Below, in pieces: positions 37,554-45,697 of a stretch of DNA of 64,000 nucleotides. Numbering within the stretch: the stretch's first letter is position 1; every line of letters starts with the position of its first letter. Both the position numbers and the translations under genes were made by a program. Source of the DNA: an uncultured bacterium (GTDB taxonomy: Bacteria > Krumholzibacteriota > Krumholzibacteriia > WVZY01 > JAKEHA01). The notes beneath the pieces are model-generated. The model saw only the letters and a program-made list of their open reading frames with translations, ran no database searches and had not been told where the DNA came from. The stretch spans positions 1,368 through 65,367 of the forward strand of contig CBDUWU010000001.1 in the NCBI GenBank assembly GCA_965371015.1, read 5' to 3'.

Positions 37554-37621
37554 ATCGACGCAATATTGCCGGCGGCCCCGCGGAGACGGGGGAGTCGGCG
37601 CGGAACAAAAGGTGATGCAAC

Positions 37622-38302
37622 ATGGAGATATTTAAACTGGAAACGACGATCCGGACGGACTCGGGTAAGGGGTTCACACGCAAGTTGCGCTCGACCGGGC
37701 GGATTCCAGCGATACTATACGGCCAGAAACAAGACGCCATCAGCCTGGAGATAGATGAGGCTGAGATCCGGACTGTTCTCCATCAGACATCCGAAAGCGC
37801 GATCATCGATCTGGTCGTCGAGGGCGACGAGTCCGGCGAGCCGGTCAACGTGATCATACGCGACGTCCAGCGCCACCCGGCGACGGGCAGATTGTTGCAC
37901 ATCGATTTCCAGAGGATCAAATACGGAGAGAAGATCCGCGTCGAAATCAAGGTCATACTGAACGGGGTGCCCGCCGGCGTCAAGGAACAGGGCGGCATTC
38001 TCGAACACGGTATGCGCTTGTTGCAGATGAACTGCCTCCCGAGCAAGATCCCCGAGTCCATAGAAATCGATGTATCCGGGCTGATGATCGGCGACGCGAT
38101 CAAGCTGAAGCAAATCGACGAAAGCTATCCGGATTTCGATTTCCTCGATGACGCTGAATCGACTATGGTCGGCGTTATTCCGCCGATCGTCGAGGCGAAA
38201 CCCGCCGAAGAAGAAGTTGAAGAGATCGAGGGAGAACCGGAACTGGTCGACAAGGAAGGCGAGAAAGGTCCGGAGGAAGAGGCGGAGAGCAAGGAGTCCT
38301 AG
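37622..38302 (+). CDS. rplY: 50S ribosomal protein L25 / general stress protein Ctc
   Basis: L25/Ctc N-terminal RTDSGKGFTRKLRSTGRIPAILYGQ and beta-barrel C-domain; acidic C-terminal tail. Confidence 0.85.
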   Translation: MEIFKLETTIRTDSGKGFTRKLRSTGRIPAILYGQKQDAISLEIDEAEIRTVLHQTSESAIIDLVVEGDESGEPVNVIIRDVQRHPATGRLLHIDFQRIKYGEKIRVEIKVILNGVPAGVKEQGGILEHGMRLLQMNCLPSKIPESIEIDVSGLMIGDAIKLKQIDESYPDFDFLDDAESTMVGVIPPIVEAKPAEEEVEEIEGEPELVDKEGEKGPEEEAESKES

Positions 38303-38350
38303 CGGTGGGGGACGGACTCGAGAGCCCGCAGGAACGATCACGCATACCCG

Positions 38351-38971
38351 ATGGGCACCAACCGCATCATCTGCGGCCTGGGAAATCCGGGCCCGGAATA
38401 CGCTGATACCCCCCACAATCTGGGGTTCTGGGTTGTCGATCTGCTCTGCGAGCGGTTCGGCGGCCGGTGGAAACGTCCGTCTGGTGACACCCTGGCCAGC
38501 CGGTTTTCGGTCGGCCGGGTGCCGGTCATACTCCTGCAACCGCTCACTTATATGAATCTCTCGGGTCGGGCCGTGGAGTGGTTCATCCCGGACCCTGACG
38601 GGGACTTCGATACCACGACAATTCTGGTGATTTGTGACGATACGGCGCTGCCGCTGGGGCGTCTCCGATTGCGCCAGAAGGGTAGCGACGGCGGGCACAA
38701 CGGTCTCGCGTCGATCATAGAAGCCCTTGGCACCACACGATTTCCGAGGCTCAGGCTGGGAGTGGGGCCGGTCCCGGAAGGGGAGGACCAGGCGGAATTC
38801 GTGCTGGATCCTTTTTCAAGCGCCGACACGAAAACGGCACGGCGCATGGCCCGGCGCGCGGCCGACTGCGCGGAGATGTGGGTGCGCGAAGGCCTGGATC
38901 CGGCGATGACCCGGTTCAATACCCGCGACAGTGACTCCCCGGGCGGGGGAGGCGACCGAGAAGGGGATTGA
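38351..38971 (+). CDS. pth: peptidyl-tRNA hydrolase
   Basis: IICGLGNPGPEYADTPHNLGF, YMNLSGRAV, GSDGGHNGLASI motifs. Confidence 0.9.
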   Translation: MGTNRIICGLGNPGPEYADTPHNLGFWVVDLLCERFGGRWKRPSGDTLASRFSVGRVPVILLQPLTYMNLSGRAVEWFIPDPDGDFDTTTILVICDDTALPLGRLRLRQKGSDGGHNGLASIIEALGTTRFPRLRLGVGPVPEGEDQAEFVLDPFSSADTKTARRMARRAADCAEMWVREGLDPAMTRFNTRDSDSPGGGGDREGD

Positions 38972-39115
38972 CGGGATTTCACAACTGCGTTATATTACGA
39001 CATCTATGCCGCTGGCCCGCGCGGGTCGGCGGCAACATTTTCAATCCAAGGCTCTCTACCTTCCGGCTGCTCCCGGCGGTGCGGAAGGTCATAGTCCGAA
39101 GGGAGGCAGATATTC

Positions 39116-39475
39116 GTGACAAGTTACGAATGTGCTATCGTGTTCTACCCGAATCTCGGTGACGACGGTGTCAAGGCGGGCACTCAGAAGTACGCCCGCG
39201 TTATCCACGAAGGCGGCGGCGAGTTGACCGCCCTGGAAACGTGGGGGCAGCGAAAGCTCGCCTACGAGATCAATCACCAGTCCGAGGGTGTCTATTTCTT
39301 TTACCGTTTCAGGGGTAACAACGAAATCCTTCTGGAACTCGGCCGCCAACTCCGGATCGATGAATCCGTACTGCGGCACCTGGTCGTCAAGGACGATCTG
39401 GCCAAGGGCAACGAGCCCAAGGTCGAACTGGAGGCCCTGGAAACCGTCGCTGGCGGACCGAAGGAGGGATTCTAG
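39116..39475 (+). CDS. rpsF: 30S ribosomal protein S6 (GTG start)
   Basis: [13 protein letters not shown]...[10 protein letters not shown]; GGGAGG RBS 9 nt before GTG 39116. Confidence 0.9.
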   Translation: MTSYECAIVFYPNLGDDGVKAGTQKYARVIHEGGGELTALETWGQRKLAYEINHQSEGVYFFYRFRGNNEILLELGRQLRIDESVLRHLVVKDDLAKGNEPKVELEALETVAGGPKEGF

Positions 39476-39477
39476 TC

Positions 39478-39738
39478 GTGGGAAAGCCGAGGAAGAAAAA
39501 GGAAAAGAAAGACAAGCGCAATTTCAGAGCCCGCAAGCGGAAGCCGTTTCTCGATGAGGTAACTTTCATCGATTACAAGGACATTCGCCTGTTGAGAAGG
39601 TTTATGACGGACCGGGGGAAGATCACTCCCAGGCGCATCACCGGTGCGACGGCGAAACAGCAGCGAATGGTTGCAAGCGCGGTCAAACGGGCGCGGATCC
39701 TCGCGCTGGTGCCGTTCGTCAAGGAATACTACCGATAG
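39478..39738 (+). CDS. rpsR: 30S ribosomal protein S18
   Basis: [34 protein letters not shown]. Confidence 0.9.
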   Translation: MGKPRKKKEKKDKRNFRARKRKPFLDEVTFIDYKDIRLLRRFMTDRGKITPRRITGATAKQQRMVASAVKRARILALVPFVKEYYR

Positions 39739-39759
39739 TTCAAACCCAGGGAGGAAATC

Positions 39760-40203
39760 GTGGAAGTAATTCTGTTGGATACGGTGCCTTCGCTGGGTGA
39801 CCGCGGTGAGACCGTCAAGGTCAAGCCGGGGTATGCTCGGAATTTTCTCTTTCCGAGAAAACTTGCCCTCCCCGCCACTACGTCGAGCCGGCGGGTGTTC
39901 AGCGAAGAAGAAAAAGTTCTCACCAAGCGCGACGAACTGGCCAAGCACACGGCCCAGGCCGCTGCCGGGAAACTCAACGGCGTATCGTGTACCATTCCCG
40001 TGCAGGTGGGCGATGAAGACAAATTGTACGGTTCGGTGACGGCCGGCGATATTTCCAAGGTTCTCAAGGACCAGGGCTACGACATCGACAAAAAGCAGAT
40101 AATGCTCGAGGAGCCGATCAAGCAGCTCGGTGTGTACACCATCGACGTCAAGCTGCACCGCGACGTCAACGCTCCTGTCAAGGTGTGGGTGGTCAAGGAA
40201 TAG
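39760..40203 (+). CDS. rplI: 50S ribosomal protein L9
   Basis: MEVILLDTVPSLGDRGETVKVKPGYARNFLFPRKLA. Confidence 0.9.
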   Translation: MEVILLDTVPSLGDRGETVKVKPGYARNFLFPRKLALPATTSSRRVFSEEEKVLTKRDELAKHTAQAAAGKLNGVSCTIPVQVGDEDKLYGSVTAGDISKVLKDQGYDIDKKQIMLEEPIKQLGVYTIDVKLHRDVNAPVKVWVVKE

Positions 40204-40261
40204 CCGGAGGCGCCGGCCTCTGTATCCGGCCGGTGCGCAAATTCAGCCTGGGGGTAAAACC

Positions 40262-41335
40262 GTGCTGACAGTAATCATGGCCGGTGGCGTCGGTGAGAGG
40301 TTCTGGCCCTGGAGCCGGCGGAAACGCCCGAAACAGCTCCTCGACCTGACCGGGCGGGGTAGCATGATCGACCTGACCGTTGATCGTCTCGAAGGGCTGT
40401 CCTCACCCGATGAAATCCTGATTGTCACCAACGTCGAGCAGCGGGACTCGATCCTGGCCGAGGTCTCCGGAAGGGTGCCGCCGGAAAACGTCATCGGCGA
40501 ACCGGTCGGGAAGAATACGGCGCCCTGTATCGGGCTGGCGGCTCTGCTTCTCCGCCGCAAGCACGGGAATCAACCGATGCTCGTGCTCCCTGCCGACCAT
40601 CTGGTCGAACCGATCGAAAATTTCAGGGAACTCGTGCAGTCGGCCGCGGCCTACGTCGCCGATCACGGAGCCCTGCTCACCTTCGGTATCAAGCCGACCA
40701 GACCGGAAACTGGTTACGGATATATCCACGCGGGCGAAGCCCTGACCGATAGCGGTGGTGCTCCGGTTTTCCGGACGCTGGAATTTCTCGAAAAACCGGA
40801 CGTCCCCACGGCACGGAAATTCGTCGAGTCGGGAGACTATTTCTGGAACAGCGGCATGTTCATGTGGACGGCGGACGTGATCCTCGACGAGATCTCCGCC
40901 CACCTTCCGGACCTCGCCGCAGTGCTCGACCGGATCGAAGCCGAATCGGGAACGCGCCAGCTGCCCGAGGTGTTAAAAGAACAATACCCCCAGGCCCCAT
41001 CCATTTCGATAGATTACGGCATCATGGAAAAAGCGGCCGACGTCGTGGTAATGAAAGCGGAATTCGACTGGAATGACGTCGGAAGCTGGGAATTCATTCG
41101 CGATGTTCACGACGCCGACTCCGACGGAAACGTGACCGTGGGAGACACCGTAATGATCGATGCCGGGGGCAACACTGTGGTGTCGCCGGACCGGATGGTG
41201 GCGATACTGGGTGTCGACGATATCGTTGTCGTCGACGGGGGAGATTCGATACTGGTCTGCAAACGCGATCGCGTTCAGGAAGTCAAAAAGATCGTTCAGG
41301 CCCTTCACGAAAAAAAGTACAAAAACCTGGTCTGA
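40262..41335 (+). CDS. mannose-1-phosphate guanylyltransferase-like nucleotidyltransferase (GTG start)
   Basis: VIMAGGVGERFWPWSRRKRPKQLL N-terminal NTP-transferase motif, ~357 aa, YFWNSGMFMW. Confidence 0.75.
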   Translation: MLTVIMAGGVGERFWPWSRRKRPKQLLDLTGRGSMIDLTVDRLEGLSSPDEILIVTNVEQRDSILAEVSGRVPPENVIGEPVGKNTAPCIGLAALLLRRKHGNQPMLVLPADHLVEPIENFRELVQSAAAYVADHGALLTFGIKPTRPETGYGYIHAGEALTDSGGAPVFRTLEFLEKPDVPTARKFVESGDYFWNSGMFMWTADVILDEISAHLPDLAAVLDRIEAESGTRQLPEVLKEQYPQAPSISIDYGIMEKAADVVVMKAEFDWNDVGSWEFIRDVHDADSDGNVTVGDTVMIDAGGNTVVSPDRMVAILGVDDIVVVDGGDSILVCKRDRVQEVKKIVQALHEKKYKNLV

Positions 41336-41357
41336 ACCGGTATGGAGGTTACAAGAT

Positions 41358-42557
41358 ATGAAACGACCTGTGCTATGGATTTGCGTTGTTCTTCTGGCGG
41401 GAGCTCTCGTCGAGGGGTGCGGCGGCTCGGACGAATCATACGTTGACAACGAAGACGCGCTTGCCGCGAAGGTGGAGGATTGGACGCTGACCAAAGAGTT
41501 TCTGTACGATTTCATCGAGCAATTGCCCGATGCGCAGAAAGTCAAGTATGATACGCCGCAGGGCCGGGCGTCGCTCACCGACCAGCTCATGGGGGAAGAA
41601 TTGTTCTACCGCGAAGCTCTGAACGGCGACTACGAGAATAAGGAAGAAGTCAATAAGCAGATCGAGGAAGTGACACGCCGGATACTCATCCAGGCCTATT
41701 ATCGCGAAGTGGTCGAGAACCGGGCGCGGCCGACCGAAGAAGAAATGGTCGAATGGTACGATTCCCACAGGGACGTTTATACGGCGCTGCCGGTGATCAA
41801 AGCGCAGCACATATTCTCGAAGAACAAGGAAAAACTCGAAGAACTCAAAATCCGGATACTGGAGGGTGGCGAGAAAATGACAACGCTGGCCCACAAGTAC
41901 TCGGAAGACAAGCTGACCCAGCCCGATGGCGGAGACCTGGGTTATTTCAACCCGGGTGGCTACATCCGCGGGGTGGGATTCTCGGACGAGTTCAGCGACG
42001 CGGTGGCCGAGATGGAGCCCCGCACCTTGTACGGACCCATCAAGTGGGGAAAAGGGTATTCGCTCGTTCGCGTCAACGAGAAGCGCGTCGCCGAAGCCAA
42101 ACCGTTTCCCGAGGTCCGGCAGGAAATATCGGACCAGTTGATGCGCCAGAAGATCGAACGGGTGAAAACAGAAGTAGTGCGTGAAATTCGCGAAAACTAC
42201 GACTGGCGCAACTACATGGACGAGTACTTCCGCTCGATCCAGAGGTCACCCGCGGAGCTGTTCCAATACGCCCAGACCACCGAAGACTCGTGGGAACGAC
42301 TGAGGGCTTTCGAGGAAATTCTTGAGAAGTTTCCCGAGTCCGAGCACGCGCCCCAGGCGATGTTCATGATCGGTTTCGTCTATCTGGAGGAACTGCAGGA
42401 CAAAGTCTCGGCGGAACGTTCATTCGCAAGGCTGCTCGCCCGCTATCCCGACAGCGACGTCGCCGATTCCGCCCGGTGGATGGTCGATAACATGGACAAG
42501 CCGATGCCCGATTTCGAGAGCATCGAGGAACTCAACGAGAAGCTGTCGGACGGCTAG
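41358..42557 (+). CDS. parvulin-type peptidyl-prolyl isomerase lipoprotein (SurA/PrsA-like) with C-terminal TPR-like segment
   Basis: signal peptide with Cys (LVEGCGG); rotamase motif GGDLGYFNPGG; GGAGG RBS. Confidence 0.7.
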   Translation: MKRPVLWICVVLLAGALVEGCGGSDESYVDNEDALAAKVEDWTLTKEFLYDFIEQLPDAQKVKYDTPQGRASLTDQLMGEELFYREALNGDYENKEEVNKQIEEVTRRILIQAYYREVVENRARPTEEEMVEWYDSHRDVYTALPVIKAQHIFSKNKEKLEELKIRILEGGEKMTTLAHKYSEDKLTQPDGGDLGYFNPGGYIRGVGFSDEFSDAVAEMEPRTLYGPIKWGKGYSLVRVNEKRVAEAKPFPEVRQEISDQLMRQKIERVKTEVVREIRENYDWRNYMDEYFRSIQRSPAELFQYAQTTEDSWERLRAFEEILEKFPESEHAPQAMFMIGFVYLEELQDKVSAERSFARLLARYPDSDVADSARWMVDNMDKPMPDFESIEELNEKLSDG

Positions 42558-42592
42558 GACCCGGGCCGGGGGCGGCCCCGGGAGGCGTTGCC

Positions 42593-43087
42593 ATGGCGAA
42601 TGCCGGATCGGATTTCGTAAGAGTTTCCATCGGCGGGCTGGTCAAAGACCAGCGCGACAATCCGGTGGTTCTTCTGCGGCGGGAAGACGGAGACGAAGTG
42701 CTTCCGATCTGGATCGGTCAGTCGGAAGCGCTTGCCATCGAACTCCAGTTGCGGGGAGAAGTTTTTGAAAGACCTTTGACCCACGATCTGCTGAAGACGT
42801 CGGTCGAGAGTCTGGGGGCGTCGGTGGTCAAGGTCGCCATCACGGAGTTGAAGGACAATACTTTTTTTGCCAAACTCTATCTCCAGCGGGACAACGAGAT
42901 ATACGCCATCGACGCGCGCCCCAGTGACTCGATCGCCCTCGCCCTGAAGGCGAGCGCCGACATATACGTTGCCCGTGACGTGTTCAAAAACCACAATCGT
43001 CTCATGCAGAGAGATCAGCTGCCCAGCGACAGTCCGGATGAAGCACTGAGAAAGTACTTACGCGACCTGGATCCGGGCGATTTTTAA
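42593..43087 (+). CDS. bifunctional nuclease (BFN/DUF151) domain protein
   Basis: VLPIWIGQSEALAIELQLRGEVFERPLTHDLL typical BFN core; 164 aa. Confidence 0.6.
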   Translation: MANAGSDFVRVSIGGLVKDQRDNPVVLLRREDGDEVLPIWIGQSEALAIELQLRGEVFERPLTHDLLKTSVESLGASVVKVAITELKDNTFFAKLYLQRDNEIYAIDARPSDSIALALKASADIYVARDVFKNHNRLMQRDQLPSDSPDEALRKYLRDLDPGDF

Positions 43088-43102
43088 CCCCTGGTTCTCA
43101 AG

Positions 43103-44902
43103 ATGAAATCAACGATCCGCCTTCTTGTTCCGGTCATCGCGGCGGTCCTCGTCGCTCTTCTCTTCGGCGCATGTTCGACGGCGAACAAGAGCGCCGCTAC
43201 CCTCGATGAAGAATCCCGTACCCATGCGGCCAACCTGTTCGCCCGGGTGAAGACCGAGAAGGCGGCGGGGAACCTCGACGCGGCGGCGGCTTCCGCGCAG
43301 GAGCTGATAAACAACTACCCGGGGTTCGCCCGTGCGGACGAAGCGATCTATCTGGCCGGGGAGGTCGCATTTGAGGGTGGACAGTACGACCAGGCGGCCT
43401 CTTACTTCGACGCGGTCGCCGAAAAATACCCGCTGAGTGCATACCGGGCGCCATCGGACCTGTCGGCCGCCCGCGCGTACGCGCGTCTGGAGATGTACGC
43501 CAGGAGCGCGGAGATTCTGGTTCGTCTTCTCGATTCTCCAATCGATGAGGAAATGCGCGCGGCCGCTGAAACGGAATTAGCGGAACTGGTCGCGCGACGG
43601 TTGAGCCCGACGGAAATGGAAGCGCTCGCGAAAAACTACCCCTCTTCGCCGGTCAACCGCGATATTGCCGTGTCGCTCGCCAGATTCGAATACGCCAACG
43701 CCAATTACGATGCCGCGTACGATCTGCTCGCGGAGTTCCTCTACCGGTTTCCCGAGCAGACTGATGTGGCCGAGGCGAGGCGCCTGCTCAAACTCGCCGC
43801 GGAGAAGAGGCAACCGCCCGCCGGCGTGGAAGACGGTGCCGGCCCCCCCCCCGGAATCGTCGAGCCGAACACGATCGGCGCGATTCTGCCGGTGACGGGA
43901 CCGGGACAGATGTCTCTGTTTGCCCGGTATTTCGGTGACGGGTGCCGAAAGGCCGTCGATGAATTCAACGAAACGAGCAGCCGCAAGGTCTCGCTGGTAA
44001 CGGCGGACACGAAGGGATCCGCCGTTGGGGCGGTCAAGTCGGTCAGAAAGCTCGTCCTCGAGGACGGGGCTATCGCCCTCATCGGCGCGGTATTCACCAT
44101 GCCTACCATCACGGCGGCTATCGAGGCCAACGCATGGCAGGTGCCGATGCTCTCGCCGCTCGTCTCGACGGACGACCTGCTCGAGATTGGACCGTGGATC
44201 TTCGAGACAAAAGTGCCCCGTGCGGTCGAGGTGTCGGCCGTTGCCGATCTGGCAGTTTCGCGGTTGCTGTTCGAGAGGATCGCCGTTGTATCGCCCGACG
44301 CCGGACGCTACCGCGACGCCGCCGACCTGTTCGCCGACGAGGTGGTTCGTCTCGGTGCCGAGGTGATTGAGCGCACGCATTACGAGAGCGGAGCAACCGA
44401 CTTCCGCGAACAGCTCGAGGCGGTACGCGACGCTGCCCCCGACGCGATTTTCATCAGCGGAGATTATAAGGAGCTGCTCAATTTGTTGCCGCAGGTCAAG
44501 TTCTACGATCTGCAGGTACAGCTGCTCGGGCTGAGCAACTGGAACAACGATAACTTGCTGAGGCTGTTCAGGGGAGAGCTGGAAGGGGCGTTGTTCCCTC
44601 TGGAAACTTACCGTGGCAAAGACCCGGAGGTGTACGACCGCCTGAAGATGTCGCTCGGGAAAGAAGAAAAAAGCGAGGTCAACTCCGTGATAGTCGCTGG
44701 TTATTTCGGTATGCGTCTGCTGCTCGAATCACTCGGAGCCGGTGCGTCCGATCGCGGAGAGGTCCGCGAGTATCTCGACGGCGTGCTCAGCCAGAAGGCC
44801 GAAAATCGCATGGCCGAGGCTGCAGCGCTCACGATACTCACCGTCCGGTCGGGGAAGGCGGTGGAGTTCACGCCTCCCCCGCGTCCCGGGACCGATTTTT
44901 GA
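43103..44902 (+). CDS. lipoprotein with N-terminal TPR region and C-terminal periplasmic-binding-protein type I (LivJ-like) domain; LpoA-like architecture
   Basis: lipobox LLFGACS; TPR-like helical N-half; C-half IGAILPVTGPG...LIGAVFTMP resembles type I PBP fold; matches domain order of PBP1A activator LpoA. Confidence 0.55.
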   Translation: MKSTIRLLVPVIAAVLVALLFGACSTANKSAATLDEESRTHAANLFARVKTEKAAGNLDAAAASAQELINNYPGFARADEAIYLAGEVAFEGGQYDQAASYFDAVAEKYPLSAYRAPSDLSAARAYARLEMYARSAEILVRLLDSPIDEEMRAAAETELAELVARRLSPTEMEALAKNYPSSPVNRDIAVSLARFEYANANYDAAYDLLAEFLYRFPEQTDVAEARRLLKLAAEKRQPPAGVEDGAGPPPGIVEPNTIGAILPVTGPGQMSLFARYFGDGCRKAVDEFNETSSRKVSLVTADTKGSAVGAVKSVRKLVLEDGAIALIGAVFTMPTITAAIEANAWQVPMLSPLVSTDDLLEIGPWIFETKVPRAVEVSAVADLAVSRLLFERIAVVSPDAGRYRDAADLFADEVVRLGAEVIERTHYESGATDFREQLEAVRDAAPDAIFISGDYKELLNLLPQVKFYDLQVQLLGLSNWNNDNLLRLFRGELEGALFPLETYRGKDPEVYDRLKMSLGKEEKSEVNSVIVAGYFGMRLLLESLGAGASDRGEVREYLDGVLSQKAENRMAEAAALTILTVRSGKAVEFTPPPRPGTDF

Positions 44903-44904
44903 TC

Positions 44905-45630
44905 TCACTGGTATATCCGGAACTTGATCAGAAATTTGATCCACATCGATATCGGCTCGTCTCCCCTTCTGGGAGGCTGAAAGACGAACTGCTTCACGGC
45001 TTCGATAGACGATTTCTCAAAACTCTTCGGACCGATAGACGACAGCACCGCCGCCATTTCCACGCGTCCGCGTTCATTCACGAACAATTCTACCGTGACG
45101 CTTCCCTCGGTTCCATTGGTCAATTCGTAGATCGGATACTCGGGCTGGACCATTTTCAGAAGTATGTAAGACTCTGAGTAGGGGACATCGCGATTGCTGG
45201 GGCGCGTTGTGACGTTCAGCAGGTCGTCGAACGAAATTTCCGGCATTTCGGTTTCGTCCGGAGATGGGTCGTTGAGCAGGTTGGGCTTGTCGAAATCAGG
45301 CCCCTCGACGATGTCGAGGTCCAGGCTGGTCAGCAATTTCAGTTTATGCTGGTTTTCGATCGCCGTGAACGGGTCGTCGTCGGGCATGATGGAGATCTCG
45401 GAGAGGAGTTGCATTTCGCCCTTGAACCCGACGTGCTTCTCCAGTTCATCGACGGAAACCTGGTCGGATGTGACGAACAGGAATGCGACGACCATGAACG
45501 CGAGGGGAACGATTCGCAGCAGACGCTTGTGGTAGGCACGGTCGCGTGCCCACACGCGCCGGTTTTCCGGTACGCCGCTCATAACCATAAAATAGTCAAG
45601 AAGTTGGGTGAGGTCAACCCGGCTGAACAA
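44905..45630 (-). CDS. TonB C-terminal domain protein
   Basis: single N-terminal TM, Pro/Asp/Glu-rich linker, C-terminal VQPEYPIYELTNGTEGSVTVELFVNERGRVEMAAVLSSIGPKSFEKSSIEAVKQFVFQP matches TonB_C. Confidence 0.6.
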   Translation of the reverse strand: MFSRVDLTQLLDYFMVMSGVPENRRVWARDRAYHKRLLRIVPLAFMVVAFLFVTSDQVSVDELEKHVGFKGEMQLLSEISIMPDDDPFTAIENQHKLKLLTSLDLDIVEGPDFDKPNLLNDPSPDETEMPEISFDDLLNVTTRPSNRDVPYSESYILLKMVQPEYPIYELTNGTEGSVTVELFVNERGRVEMAAVLSSIGPKSFEKSSIEAVKQFVFQPPRRGDEPISMWIKFLIKFRIYQ

Positions 45631-45697
45631 TGACTTCGGTCTCGGTGCTCATCGCCGTGGCGCGCCGGTTTCCGGATACGTCTCCCGCCGTCTCGCG

